DNA of 64,000 nucleotides from a bacterium (GTDB lineage: Bacteria; Electryoneota; JAOADG01): the NCBI GenBank assembly GCA_963681965.1, contig OY820579.1, positions 1,472,001 through 1,536,000 on the forward strand. Reading direction: 5' to 3'. Positions 18,417 through 28,678 of this stretch are shown here, piece by piece (the first letter of the stretch is position 1; each line of letters begins with the position of its first letter). A program made the translations under genes and the position numbers. Under the pieces are notes generated by a model. That model saw only the letters and a program-made list of their open reading frames with translations. It searched no databases and was not told the DNA's origin.

Positions 18417-19349
18417 GTGATGACAATGCGAATTACCCAATTATCGCTTTATCAGCAACAGATGTATGAGAATCGAAAGCAGTACGCCAACCTGGCGGAA
18501 TCGCAACTCGGTTCAACTACCGGTACACGAGTCAACACCGCCGAGGACGATCCGAATAATGCAGCGCAATTGGTTCGATTGGCGACCGATAAAGAGCGTA
18601 GTAAACAATATCAGCGGAATATTCAGGATGGTCTGGATCGATTGCAGACGACCGATAATGCCTTGTCGCGTATCGATCAAATACTTACCTCGGCACGTGC
18701 TAAAGCTGTTTCCGGAGGTACCGATTCGATTACCGACGATGATCGTCAGAAGATTGCAACCGATTTGGATCAAATTCTAAATGATCTAGTTGCAACCGTC
18801 AATCAGCAATCGGATGGACGATACCTGTTTGGTGGCGCCACCAACGATAAACCCCCACTACAGATCACGAAAGCCGATGACGGTACGATAACGCAGATTA
18901 CCATGAATTGGGAGGAGATCGCTACCCCGGTGTTGCGCGATATTGGCGACGGTGAGGAAGTGTCGGTGACTGCTAGCCCACTGATGTTTCGATCGGACGA
19001 TTCGGGAACTGCTCCCGATGTATTCACGGAATTAATTCGGTTGCGCGACGATTTACGCGGGAACGGCACAACGACACAAGTTACCACTCACTTGGATGCC
19101 ATCGATAAATACCGCGCGAAAGTAAACGGAACGCAAGCTCAAGTTGGTGAATGGGTTAATCAACTCAATGCCGCCGATATCCGGTGGAAAGATCGCGATC
19201 TGCGCATTACCGATCAAACGAGTAAACTGCAGGATTGGGATACCGCTGAAATCATTATGAAGTACAAACAGGCGGAAACTTCATATTCCAGTTCGCTGCA
19301 GATGACGTCGCAGATCTTCAATTTGTCGTTGTTGAAATATCTTTCCTAG
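18417..19349 (+). CDS. flgL: Hook-associated protein FlgL
   Basis: MRIT N-terminus, EDDP, GRYLFGG, LSLLKYL C-terminus. Confidence 0.95.
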   Translation: MMTMRITQLSLYQQQMYENRKQYANLAESQLGSTTGTRVNTAEDDPNNAAQLVRLATDKERSKQYQRNIQDGLDRLQTTDNALSRIDQILTSARAKAVSGGTDSITDDDRQKIATDLDQILNDLVATVNQQSDGRYLFGGATNDKPPLQITKADDGTITQITMNWEEIATPVLRDIGDGEEVSVTASPLMFRSDDSGTAPDVFTELIRLRDDLRGNGTTTQVTTHLDAIDKYRAKVNGTQAQVGEWVNQLNAADIRWKDRDLRITDQTSKLQDWDTAEIIMKYKQAETSYSSSLQMTSQIFNLSLLKYLS

Positions 19350-19370
19350 CTAGTTGACTAAGGAATCCAT

Positions 19371-21059
19371 ATGCGTGCTCCGGATATCTCGATATTAATT
19401 GCCACCTATAATCGGAAAGATCTCGTACAGGCGTGTCTGGATCGAGTATTCGAACTGGCACCCACTGAACCACCGTTCGAAGTCATTGTGGTTGATAATG
19501 CTTCGACCGATGGAACGGCAGAAATGTTGGAAGCATACCCAAATCCGATTGTATTGGTTCGGAATTCGGTGAATCGCAATTTTTCCGGGGCAAACAATCA
19601 GGCTGCCGAGTTAGCTCGGGGCGATTGGTTGGTCATGTTAAATGCCGACACTTTGCCCGAAGCGGGCTGGTTACAGGCACTTTTAGCCGAAGCGAAACTT
19701 GATCCGAAAATTGGGGTGACAGGCTGCAAGTTGCTCTACCCAGAAGATCGTACAGTACAACATGCCGGAGTGGCAATCGGAGAGCAAAACCATCCGTTCC
19801 ATATTTACCGCAAAGCGCAGGAAGACTCCCCGATCATTAATCATCGCCGGGAATTGCAATCAGTGACTGCCGCGTGTTGGATTGTACCGACGAAATTGTA
19901 TCGCGAGTTGGGGGGATTTGACGAACGATATGTGAATGGCTTCGAAGATGTCGATTTTTGCTTCCGGGTTCGTGAAGCCGGTTTGAAAGTCTTTTACACT
20001 CATTTGGCGACGGTGTTGCATTTCGAAGGGGCGTCTCCGGGAAGAAACAGCAATAACGGTGATAACTGGCAGATCTTTCGCGATCGATGGGAGGGAAAAT
20101 ATTTCCCCGACATCTTGATGATTTATGCGCGAGACGGTCTCCGCGCGATCCCAATCAAATTCAATACCGTACGTCTTATTTCCGACACAGCCCAGCGACA
20201 ATTCGAGATCAACTATGTTTGGGATCTGATTAATCACCAGCAATACGAACTTGCAGCTCAGCAATTACAAATAGTTAAGGAAAAATACCCCGATGAATTT
20301 AATGTTCGGGAATTCGAAATCAAGTTGTTGATTGCAACTGGGCATCTAGTAGAAGCGATTGATTTAGCTGAAATGCAAAGTGCATCGCTACCGATCTGGT
20401 ATCATGCCAAACGCACCATCACACTGGCTAAACGTGCCGGTCAACTGGAGCGTGCTACTCATTTACTCACCGCTTGGGAAACAAAGCTCGAAGAGGATGA
20501 AGATCGAGCCGAATGGTGGGCGTTGCGAGGTGATGTATTTGCCAAACAAAGCGATTGGGTATCAGCCGGTGAGTGTTATCAAAATGCTGCACAACTGCGC
20601 CCGACACTGGAAGAAGTTATGGTCGGGAAAGCGAATATCTTGTTGGCTCAATCGAAGGCTCCCGAGGCTGAATATGCGTATCTGGAAACGATCCATCGAC
20701 ACTGGGAATCGAGCCGGGCACACCTCGGATTGGCACTGAGTTTGCTTATGCAAGGTAGGAAGCACGAGGCATTGGATGCATTTGTTGCATCCCGGAGATA
20801 CGATCCTACCGACTTGAACTGCACACTGTATCTGGTCTCGTTAGCACAAGAACTAGGGCAGTTGACTCTTGCAGAGAAAACTCTGCAAGACGCGCTGAAG
20901 CGAATGCCAAATCATACCGAATTAATGCTGTTTCTGGGTTCGACTAAAGCCAGCGCAGGGGATCGCGACGGCGCTAAAGACATATCGAAGAAAATATTGA
21001 AAATAAACCCGGGTGATCAAGGCGCGAAGAAATTGTTGGCATGGGCGGAATCGTCGTGA
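19371..21059 (+). CDS. GT2 glycosyltransferase with C-terminal TPR repeats
   Basis: ILIATYN, VVDNASTDGT, LNADT, FEDVDFC; TPR-like helices after about aa 270. Confidence 0.9.
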   Translation: MRAPDISILIATYNRKDLVQACLDRVFELAPTEPPFEVIVVDNASTDGTAEMLEAYPNPIVLVRNSVNRNFSGANNQAAELARGDWLVMLNADTLPEAGWLQALLAEAKLDPKIGVTGCKLLYPEDRTVQHAGVAIGEQNHPFHIYRKAQEDSPIINHRRELQSVTAACWIVPTKLYRELGGFDERYVNGFEDVDFCFRVREAGLKVFYTHLATVLHFEGASPGRNSNNGDNWQIFRDRWEGKYFPDILMIYARDGLRAIPIKFNTVRLISDTAQRQFEINYVWDLINHQQYELAAQQLQIVKEKYPDEFNVREFEIKLLIATGHLVEAIDLAEMQSASLPIWYHAKRTITLAKRAGQLERATHLLTAWETKLEEDEDRAEWWALRGDVFAKQSDWVSAGECYQNAAQLRPTLEEVMVGKANILLAQSKAPEAEYAYLETIHRHWESSRAHLGLALSLLMQGRKHEALDAFVASRRYDPTDLNCTLYLVSLAQELGQLTLAEKTLQDALKRMPNHTELMLFLGSTKASAGDRDGAKDISKKILKINPGDQGAKKLLAWAESS

Positions 21060-22363
21060 ATATAGGCGTTTTACAGTTGGCAAGAATGGGCGATTGGGTG
21101 CAGACGATGCCTCTAGTCGCCAATTTGCGCTCAAAATATCCCGATGCGAATATTACACCTATTTGCGATCGTCGCGTCTCAGATCTGGTTACGGAAATCA
21201 CGGATACAACTCCGATCGCGTTACCGATTCCCGAGCGGATGCTGGCTCGTGACGTACCGGCGATGCTTTATTCCATGCTTCATCGATTTTTAGCCGAAGT
21301 TCCGCAATTCGATCTGATCATTCGCTGTAACGATACTCCATTGGCGCGATTATGGCAGCATATCCTTGAAAATCCGTTTCGACAAAATACTCAAGATGCG
21401 AATCTTCGTACCGTTCGTTCGGAAGCTTTGATTCGAATTTTACCGTTGATTGATTCCCGGTTACGACTCCACATCAGTGACCTCTGGCGCTGGCGTGTTG
21501 CCGATTCTCAGACAATTCCACGATCGCATTGGAATGATACCGTTCGACAGATCGCTATCGCAGTCGGTTCCGGTGGTGTGGAACGTGCTTGGGGTGAGGA
21601 TCGATTGCTTCGCACCATCCAGATTGCCAGTGATTCAGCGCCAGTAACACTAATCGGAAGCGAATCGGAACAGGATTTTGCCGGAAATATCGCGCGCCAA
21701 ATCGATCTGAATCGAAATGTTACCAATAAAGTTGGATGCTGGTCGATAAAAACTTTGAATAGTTGGTTAAGTCAGACGGGCGTTGTGTGTGTTGCATTGG
21801 ATACCGGATCACTGCACTTGGCAGCGCTATCGGGAGCAGCAACTTTTGGATGTTATGAGGGTGAAGCGGTTCCCGAAACGACTGGTGCCGTCGGATCTTG
21901 CAGTGCTGGGGTCGAAAACGAAGCATCGATTCCGATCGATCAATGGGAAATAAGCTTACGACGATTCCTGGTTGCTCCGAATCAATTTCTTCCAGAGAAT
22001 GACAGCGAATTTGTGATGGAACAAACCGACCGAATTCGAGTTCTTCGGGCAACATCACTAACTGAAACAGAAATAAAAATTGTCAACTGGTTAATCGACT
22101 TTGTGCACTGTAAAAGTAACTGCACAATGCGCGACTTGCGAGATCCGTGGCGATCGCTCGAGCAGTGGTTGACGAATTGGGAAAACCGATCGAATGAACC
22201 GGGTTGGGAGTTTAAAGAAGTCGTTCCGGAATCACAATTTGAGCACATTTTAACTGCACTCCATTGGTCGGTATTGGAAAGTATCAATCGACCACCTTCA
22301 CTTTTCCAGCGCTCGTCAAATAAACAAGAGGATCGACATGCGTCCGTCGCACTGGCACGTTGA
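21041..22363 (+). CDS. Divergent GT9 (heptosyltransferase-like) glycosyltransferase
   Basis: QLARMGDWVQTMP and DTGSLHLAA motifs. Confidence 0.75.
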   Translation: MGGIVVNIGVLQLARMGDWVQTMPLVANLRSKYPDANITPICDRRVSDLVTEITDTTPIALPIPERMLARDVPAMLYSMLHRFLAEVPQFDLIIRCNDTPLARLWQHILENPFRQNTQDANLRTVRSEALIRILPLIDSRLRLHISDLWRWRVADSQTIPRSHWNDTVRQIAIAVGSGGVERAWGEDRLLRTIQIASDSAPVTLIGSESEQDFAGNIARQIDLNRNVTNKVGCWSIKTLNSWLSQTGVVCVALDTGSLHLAALSGAATFGCYEGEAVPETTGAVGSCSAGVENEASIPIDQWEISLRRFLVAPNQFLPENDSEFVMEQTDRIRVLRATSLTETEIKIVNWLIDFVHCKSNCTMRDLRDPWRSLEQWLTNWENRSNEPGWEFKEVVPESQFEHILTALHWSVLESINRPPSLFQRSSNKQEDRHASVALAR

Positions 22364-24068
22364 AAAAATCGTTGCGTCGGATGGCAATGTAACCGTTCGG
22401 GTGAACGGCAAATTACTGCATAGTAAAGTCGCTCCATTGCGTGAAGCGGATAAATGGGCATCGCAACAACCGGAAGCACCAGCGTATGCGATTGTCGGTG
22501 CTGGGATGGGGTGGGGTGTTCAGGCGCTTCTCAAACGCTTTCCCACTTCGAAAATTGTTGTCCTCGAACCTGTTCCCGGATTAATACCGGATCTCCAGTC
22601 GCAGTTTAATGGTTATAACGGGTCCATTCGAATCGTCTCACTTGCTAATCGAATCAATGCGTCAGTCGCCCTTTCGTCGATCCAGCAACATCTTGGATCC
22701 GACTATCGCATCGTCGAGGGATATCCGAATGCTGCCGAGTGGGATAATAGCGGTATTGTCGATCGATTGCGATTTCGATCGAAACTATCGCAACAACCGC
22801 CTCGGGTATTGGTTGTTACCCCAATTTACGGAGGTTCGTATCCGATTGCGCAGTATTGTGTGAATGGACTGCGAATGCTCGGTTGCACTGTCGAATTACT
22901 CGATAATGCACATCTTGACCCAGCACGGCAGGAAATTGATACAATCACCGACCGACCCGACCATAAACAGCAATTGACTGGAATACTGGTTTCGTTTGCT
23001 GCAGAACGAATCGCCGCGAAAGCTGCTGCCATGAAAGCCGACTTAGTATTGGCGTTGGCACAAGCTCCGGTAACATCTCGGGTTTGGGATGAGTTGCGAA
23101 ATGCGGGTGTAGCTACAGCATTCTGGTTTGTCGAAGATCATCGATTGTTTCCCTACGGATCGAATATTGCCCCACGCGTCGATGCATTCTTTCCAATTCA
23201 ATGCGATGAATGGACCGATGAACTATCAAAGCAGGGTGCACACCTCCATTACTTACCACTTGCTGCAGACGAATCGATACACAGTGAAGTTGAATTGAAC
23301 GAATTCGAACGCGGACGATTTGGTTCCGATCTATCGTTTGTTGGTGCTGGATACTATAATCGCCGGAATGCGTTTCTCACGTTTATCGATCAGAATATGA
23401 AAATTTGGGGTGATGGGTGGCGGAGTGCCGACGGTTTATCACGGTTGGTGCAAGAGGATGGACGACGAATCTCGACCGAAGAATCGATTAAAATCTTCTC
23501 AGCATCGAAGGTGAATATCAATCTTCATTCCAGTACTTACTATCAGGATGTCAGTCCGGATGGCGATTTTGTCAATCCCCGAACGTTCGAAATAGCCGCT
23601 TGTCGCGCCTTTCAAGTAATTGACGAACGCTCGCTATTACCGGAGTTGTTTTCACCCGAAGAAATGCCGACAGCCGGCACCCTTGATCAATTCCGAATGC
23701 AAGTTAATTCGGCACTAGCTGATTCTGGTTATCGACAACAAACCACCGAACTCGCTTATAACCGAGTTGTTGCCGACCATCTATACACCCACCGGATGGA
23801 AGAATTACTGGGCTATGTCTTTCGAAACCGTTCTCCACTGAGCCACTCCGCAATGGGTCAAGTGTCGGTTGAGAAATGGATCGAGGAAGCTGGAGACGAT
23901 CCCGATCTCGTCGAATATCTTACGCGATTTCGCGATCGAAAGCGATTGACGTTATCCGAAATTGCCGAAGAAATTGAATCGCGACGAGAACGTTTGTCTT
24001 CTACAGAATCGGTTTTCTTATTGATGAATGAATTTTACAAGTGGGGAAAAGAGCACGGTGTTATTTAG
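22338..24068 (+). CDS. CgeB/Glyco_trans_1_2-like glycosyltransferase with Maf-like N-terminal domain
   Basis: LHSKVAPLREA, YLPLAAD, SFVGAGYYNR, VNPRTFEIAAC, HLYTHRM. Confidence 0.8.
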   Translation: MRPSHWHVEKIVASDGNVTVRVNGKLLHSKVAPLREADKWASQQPEAPAYAIVGAGMGWGVQALLKRFPTSKIVVLEPVPGLIPDLQSQFNGYNGSIRIVSLANRINASVALSSIQQHLGSDYRIVEGYPNAAEWDNSGIVDRLRFRSKLSQQPPRVLVVTPIYGGSYPIAQYCVNGLRMLGCTVELLDNAHLDPARQEIDTITDRPDHKQQLTGILVSFAAERIAAKAAAMKADLVLALAQAPVTSRVWDELRNAGVATAFWFVEDHRLFPYGSNIAPRVDAFFPIQCDEWTDELSKQGAHLHYLPLAADESIHSEVELNEFERGRFGSDLSFVGAGYYNRRNAFLTFIDQNMKIWGDGWRSADGLSRLVQEDGRRISTEESIKIFSASKVNINLHSSTYYQDVSPDGDFVNPRTFEIAACRAFQVIDERSLLPELFSPEEMPTAGTLDQFRMQVNSALADSGYRQQTTELAYNRVVADHLYTHRMEELLGYVFRNRSPLSHSAMGQVSVEKWIEEAGDDPDLVEYLTRFRDRKRLTLSEIAEEIESRRERLSSTESVFLLMNEFYKWGKEHGVI

Positions 24069-24077
24069 GAGGAATCG

Positions 24078-25355
24078 ATGGAACCGTTGATTGGTATTGT
24101 AATGCTTACGCATAACCGGCTACCGATGTTGAAAATCGCGTTGCCGTCCATGTTGCGCTCCTTGACGCTTCCTGCCGAAGTGATCATTGTCGACAATGCA
24201 TCAACCGACGGAACTGGCGAATTTTTGAAGCGTTTTCAAGCGCGCTACTCCTTGCCGAATGTGTTTTCGTTACGAGTTGATCGCTTACCCGAAAATATCG
24301 GAACAGCCGCCTATAATCACGCGATGAAAGATTTAACGGCTCCGGTATTGATTGAGGTTGATGATGATGTGGTGCAATTTCCCAATGAATGGGATCGAAA
24401 ACTTGTTGACGCATTGATTCACGGCGATCGCATTGGATATGTCTCTACCGATGTCGTGAAAGACGATTGGACCGATGGAAATCGAGCGGATGGTATAACC
24501 TTTGGCACAACCTTCGAACAGCTACCCGATGGCGGTAAGTTGGAAATTGGGGTTGTGGGCGGTTGGTGTGCTGCGACTCCGCGAACGCTGTTTCAAGCAC
24601 TGGGTGGATTCCCAATGCGTGGTGCGGGGCTGTTTGAATTGGAAGATGGTGCTTACGCAAATCTATTGTTTCAATACGGGATGCGATTTGCAATCCATAC
24701 CGATGTTAAAGTATATCACGCCAGTGGTCCGAAGATCGCTAAGGCGATGGGATTGTGGCAAACCTGGTTTGCCAAATACGATCCCGAAGTCGATCCCGCC
24801 TATGCCGACATGCGACTGTTTGGTGAAGCGCAATCAGGCGACGGTGAATTACCAGAGATTCTGCAAATTGACGAATCAGTCAATGACTTAATTCATCTGT
24901 TGCGTCAAGAAGAACGGATGTTGTTGCGATTTGTCGGAATACTTGATCGACAAAAACTGCTTCTGTTCGAACATCGGTACGCCGAGTTCGAAGATTCAGT
25001 TTCTGAGCAGGAAGCGTTGTTGGTGCAATTAAATCGCGTGGAATCGGAACGTAAACGAACGATCCTTAAAATTGCAGAAGCACTTCATATCGGTCACGAA
25101 GAGACAACGTTAAACGATCTTATCTCATCGACGATGGGTCAATTCGAAGAAGAGTGGAGCGAAGCAAGGCGGTTACTTCATCGTATTTCCGAACGATTAA
25201 CGCGAATTGTGAGTGACAGTTCGGTGAAGACTACCAATTCCGTTCAGAATTGGAAGGAATCGATTTCATCATTAATTGCTGTGCGAAGATCGAAAGCGCG
25301 TACGACGCCAGTATTTCAATTACCCAATGATCCCGATTTGGGTATAGCAATTTGA
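24078..25355 (+). CDS. GT2 glycosyltransferase fused to a FlgN-like C-terminal domain
   Basis: LTHNR, IVDNASTDGT, VDDD; aa ~265-375 align without gaps to FlgN at 16552. Confidence 0.85.
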   Translation: MEPLIGIVMLTHNRLPMLKIALPSMLRSLTLPAEVIIVDNASTDGTGEFLKRFQARYSLPNVFSLRVDRLPENIGTAAYNHAMKDLTAPVLIEVDDDVVQFPNEWDRKLVDALIHGDRIGYVSTDVVKDDWTDGNRADGITFGTTFEQLPDGGKLEIGVVGGWCAATPRTLFQALGGFPMRGAGLFELEDGAYANLLFQYGMRFAIHTDVKVYHASGPKIAKAMGLWQTWFAKYDPEVDPAYADMRLFGEAQSGDGELPEILQIDESVNDLIHLLRQEERMLLRFVGILDRQKLLLFEHRYAEFEDSVSEQEALLVQLNRVESERKRTILKIAEALHIGHEETTLNDLISSTMGQFEEEWSEARRLLHRISERLTRIVSDSSVKTTNSVQNWKESISSLIAVRRSKARTTPVFQLPNDPDLGIAI

Positions 25356-25365
25356 GTGTCTGTAA

Positions 25366-27084
25366 ATGAGCCCGATAATTTCACCCAGTCATGCGACAAG
25401 GCATTACCGAAAAGTATTGGTAGTGTCGTGGAATCGTATGGGCGATATGCTCCAGTTGACACCGATATTCGAGTCGTTTAAAAAGTACTCGCCGGAAACT
25501 GAACTGCATCTGACCGTTTCACATAAATTCGAGGACGTTGCAAAGCTGATTGGTGGGGTTTCGAAAATAATTCCCTTCAATTTGAACTGCGTTCTCGAGC
25601 AAGTTCGCAGTACCGATCATACAATTCAATTGCATCGGATGCTAACGAAATTTGTCGATGAATTGCGATGTGAGCAGTACGATTTAGTCTTGAATGTGAC
25701 GCACAACCGGTTAACTGCCCTTTTTATGCATCTGCTGGGTGTTCCCGAAAGTCGGGGACTACTCTACGACGATCACGGATATCGCGCGGTGCGAGATCCC
25801 TGGAGTCGCTTCTTTTTTATTGCCGATCTGATTCGCGGACAAAGTCGGATCAATTTGGTTGAAATACAACTCGGAATTGCCGGATTTCACCCCGACCGAC
25901 CGATGCGAATCGAAATTCCCGAAGAAGTACAACATCGAATTGATGCTGAAATACTTAGCTGGTCGATTGCTACCGACAAGATCGTAGCGATTCAAATTGG
26001 TGCATCGCTGCCGAACAAAGAATGGAATCACGCATCATTTGCCGAAATTGCCCGACGACTTGTAGCGAATGGATTTACACCGATCTGGGTGGGTGCACCA
26101 TCGGAATTGGAAAAGATTGAATCGGTTGCGATGAATGTTCCGGGATCGATCAATCTTGCCGGTAAAACCTCTGTTGCCGAATTAGCCGCAATAATGAAAC
26201 GATGCCGGTTGTTGTTAACGAACGATACCGGAACGATGCATGTTGGTGTGTGTGTTGGAACGCCGATCATCTCGCTGAATGTGGGTACACCACTGTCGCA
26301 TGAGACCGGACCGTATCAAGCGGGATCGACAGTGATTGAACCGAAGATCTCTTGTTATCCGTGCAGTTTTCACGTCGAATGTCCCCACTATCGTTGTCAT
26401 GATGAAGTCGATGTCGATTCCGTCTGGTCGGAAGTAGCTAAATCGCTTGAGATCGCAGTGGATTATGCAATATCAGATCGTGTCCGAGTATGGCGAACAG
26501 CATTCGATGAAAATGGTTTCTGGGAACTTCGTCGCATCAAACCTGAAGCTGCAACTGCCGACGAATTGGCTGCCGTGATGTGGGCTGAGATCTGGAAACG
26601 ATTTCTTGCACACCGACCGATTGAGAAGTCATTGATAGAAGCCATTCAACTGCGCTTCGCTCGCGAATACACGAACGATTCGATAGCACCCGCTTTCGCC
26701 AATTTGTCGGAACGGATGAGCCATCTATCGAAAATGGTTTCGATTGCCCGAAGTGGAATCCAGATTGCCGAAGCATTACGGCGATTGGATCCGATTCGCG
26801 ATGTCGCGAGAATCGTCGAATTGGGTAAACAACTTGAATCAATCGAACAGAATCTTCAACTGGTGGGATTAGTGCACCATATCTGGCGTCCGCTGTTTGC
26901 AATTTTTGTCTTTGGAAAAGACGCGATGGTTGGCGATTCGATCGATGTGTTGGCGAAACAGACAAGTGAATTGTTTCAAGATTTCGTTACTATTGGCGAA
27001 ACGATGCTCGATCAGTCTACGAATTTTTCAAAGCGGTACAGCCGTCCTTTCGATGAACCGGTGCACGTATGCCTTCCGCAATAA
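25366..27084 (+). CDS. GT9 (heptosyltransferase-like) glycosyltransferase with helical C-terminal extension
   Basis: RMGDMLQLTP, GAS..NKEW, LAGKTS, TNDTGTMH, CYPC...C...C. Confidence 0.88.
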   Translation: MSPIISPSHATRHYRKVLVVSWNRMGDMLQLTPIFESFKKYSPETELHLTVSHKFEDVAKLIGGVSKIIPFNLNCVLEQVRSTDHTIQLHRMLTKFVDELRCEQYDLVLNVTHNRLTALFMHLLGVPESRGLLYDDHGYRAVRDPWSRFFFIADLIRGQSRINLVEIQLGIAGFHPDRPMRIEIPEEVQHRIDAEILSWSIATDKIVAIQIGASLPNKEWNHASFAEIARRLVANGFTPIWVGAPSELEKIESVAMNVPGSINLAGKTSVAELAAIMKRCRLLLTNDTGTMHVGVCVGTPIISLNVGTPLSHETGPYQAGSTVIEPKISCYPCSFHVECPHYRCHDEVDVDSVWSEVAKSLEIAVDYAISDRVRVWRTAFDENGFWELRRIKPEAATADELAAVMWAEIWKRFLAHRPIEKSLIEAIQLRFAREYTNDSIAPAFANLSERMSHLSKMVSIARSGIQIAEALRRLDPIRDVARIVELGKQLESIEQNLQLVGLVHHIWRPLFAIFVFGKDAMVGDSIDVLAKQTSELFQDFVTIGETMLDQSTNFSKRYSRPFDEPVHVCLPQ

Positions 27085-28658
27085 TTACCTGTGTCGAATC
27101 GGCGAAAAGCGGAGATTTAACCGCTTATTGGAAGACGCCCTCCGGTGGAAAGCGATATCTTCATAGTCGCGTCGATCCAATCCACGAAGCGCATCAGATT
27201 GCCGCATCGCTTGATTGTTCGTTTAAAGAAGAATTGGTAATCGAGGGGATCGGACTGGGTTATTTGGTCGAGATACTACTAGAAGAAAATCCACAATTGA
27301 TAAAAGTCGAACTCTATGATCCCGATCCCGCTATTACTGAAATTTTGAAACTATTTCGACCAAAAACATCGCTTTTATCCGATCCGAGAATTATCTGGCA
27401 TTCTGGTGAGCAACCTTCGGTAACAGTCAATTACCGGTCACCGGCGGTTTTGGGACTGCAATACAAGGATTCGAAAACGACCCAATCGAGAGTAATGTAT
27501 CCTCGATCGCACCGACCTACGGTTATTTATCTCAAATCGGGATACTTCATTGAACGAGAATTGCTCGCAGCATTGGCTGCCGAAGGTATTCGCACTTTCG
27601 CATTGGATTACAAAGAGGGACACAGCTTTATCGAGCAGTTACTGGAGATTGCGCTCCATGAGCATCCGGATTTTTTATTGACGGTAAATCATTTTGGATT
27701 CGATTGCAACGGCGAACTAATCCGGCTGCTTGAGAAAATCAATTTGCCGGTAGCAAGCTGGTTTGTCGATTCACCGAGTTACATCTTATTGAATCACACC
27801 GAAAATCGGTCCGGGTTGGTGACCCCGTTTCTCTGGGAAGAAGCGTATGCCGAGCGGTTAAAGGGATGGTTCGATACCCCCGTTTGGCTCCCCTTGGCGG
27901 GTGATGAAACCCGATTGGTGAAAGACATACAATTCCATGAACAACCGGGTATTTTTGTCGGAGATAGTCAACTGGTAGCCGCTGCCGGATGGCGGAAGAT
28001 GTTGCCTACCGATTCGATTTGGGATATGCGAATCGAAACCGGTGTTCAAGCGATTCGGAGTTACCGACAACCTGTGTGGAATGTAACGGACTCGATCAGG
28101 TGTTCGAACCTAAAAGAACAACTCGATCTCGAGTCGGCAATCGTATTGGAAGCAACGCGACGTCAGCGGTGGGAAGGCGTGAAGGATCTTTCTGATGCGG
28201 TAGCATTGACCGTGGTTGGTGACGAAGGATGGTTGAAAGTACCCGGCAATATTTCGATCCACAACACAGTCGATTTCTACGAGACGCTCCCGGAGTGGTA
28301 TGCTAATGCAGCCTTTGTGGTTAACTGGACTAGTTATCAAATGCCGACTGCGGTTAATCAGCGGATTTTCGATGTACCGCTGTGTGGTGGCTATCTAGTG
28401 ACTGATTCACAGACTGATCTAAGTCGGTTGTTTTCACCTGAATCGTACCCAGTATTCAATCATTCGGGTGAGTTAGTTGGATTGGTACAATGGTTGCTCA
28501 GGAATCAAGCAGCAGCGGAGACGCTGCGTCGAAAACAGGTCGAGCAGATTCTAAGTAATCACACCTACCGGCATCGCATTCGATCACTGTTACGAACAAT
28601 GAGTACAAAAAGATCGCACTCTACAACTGTATCTCATTGGGAAACCGTTGGTATTTAG
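27069..28658 (+). CDS. CgeB/DUF3880-like glycosyltransferase with Maf-like N-terminal domain
   Basis: LHSRVDPIHEA, SWFVDSP, WLPLAGD, VNQRIFDVP, HTYRHRI. Confidence 0.8.
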   Translation: MPSAIITCVESAKSGDLTAYWKTPSGGKRYLHSRVDPIHEAHQIAASLDCSFKEELVIEGIGLGYLVEILLEENPQLIKVELYDPDPAITEILKLFRPKTSLLSDPRIIWHSGEQPSVTVNYRSPAVLGLQYKDSKTTQSRVMYPRSHRPTVIYLKSGYFIERELLAALAAEGIRTFALDYKEGHSFIEQLLEIALHEHPDFLLTVNHFGFDCNGELIRLLEKINLPVASWFVDSPSYILLNHTENRSGLVTPFLWEEAYAERLKGWFDTPVWLPLAGDETRLVKDIQFHEQPGIFVGDSQLVAAAGWRKMLPTDSIWDMRIETGVQAIRSYRQPVWNVTDSIRCSNLKEQLDLESAIVLEATRRQRWEGVKDLSDAVALTVVGDEGWLKVPGNISIHNTVDFYETLPEWYANAAFVVNWTSYQMPTAVNQRIFDVPLCGGYLVTDSQTDLSRLFSPESYPVFNHSGELVGLVQWLLRNQAAAETLRRKQVEQILSNHTYRHRIRSLLRTMSTKRSHSTTVSHWETVGI

Positions 28659-28678
28659 AAGCATGAAAAGAGGAAAAT

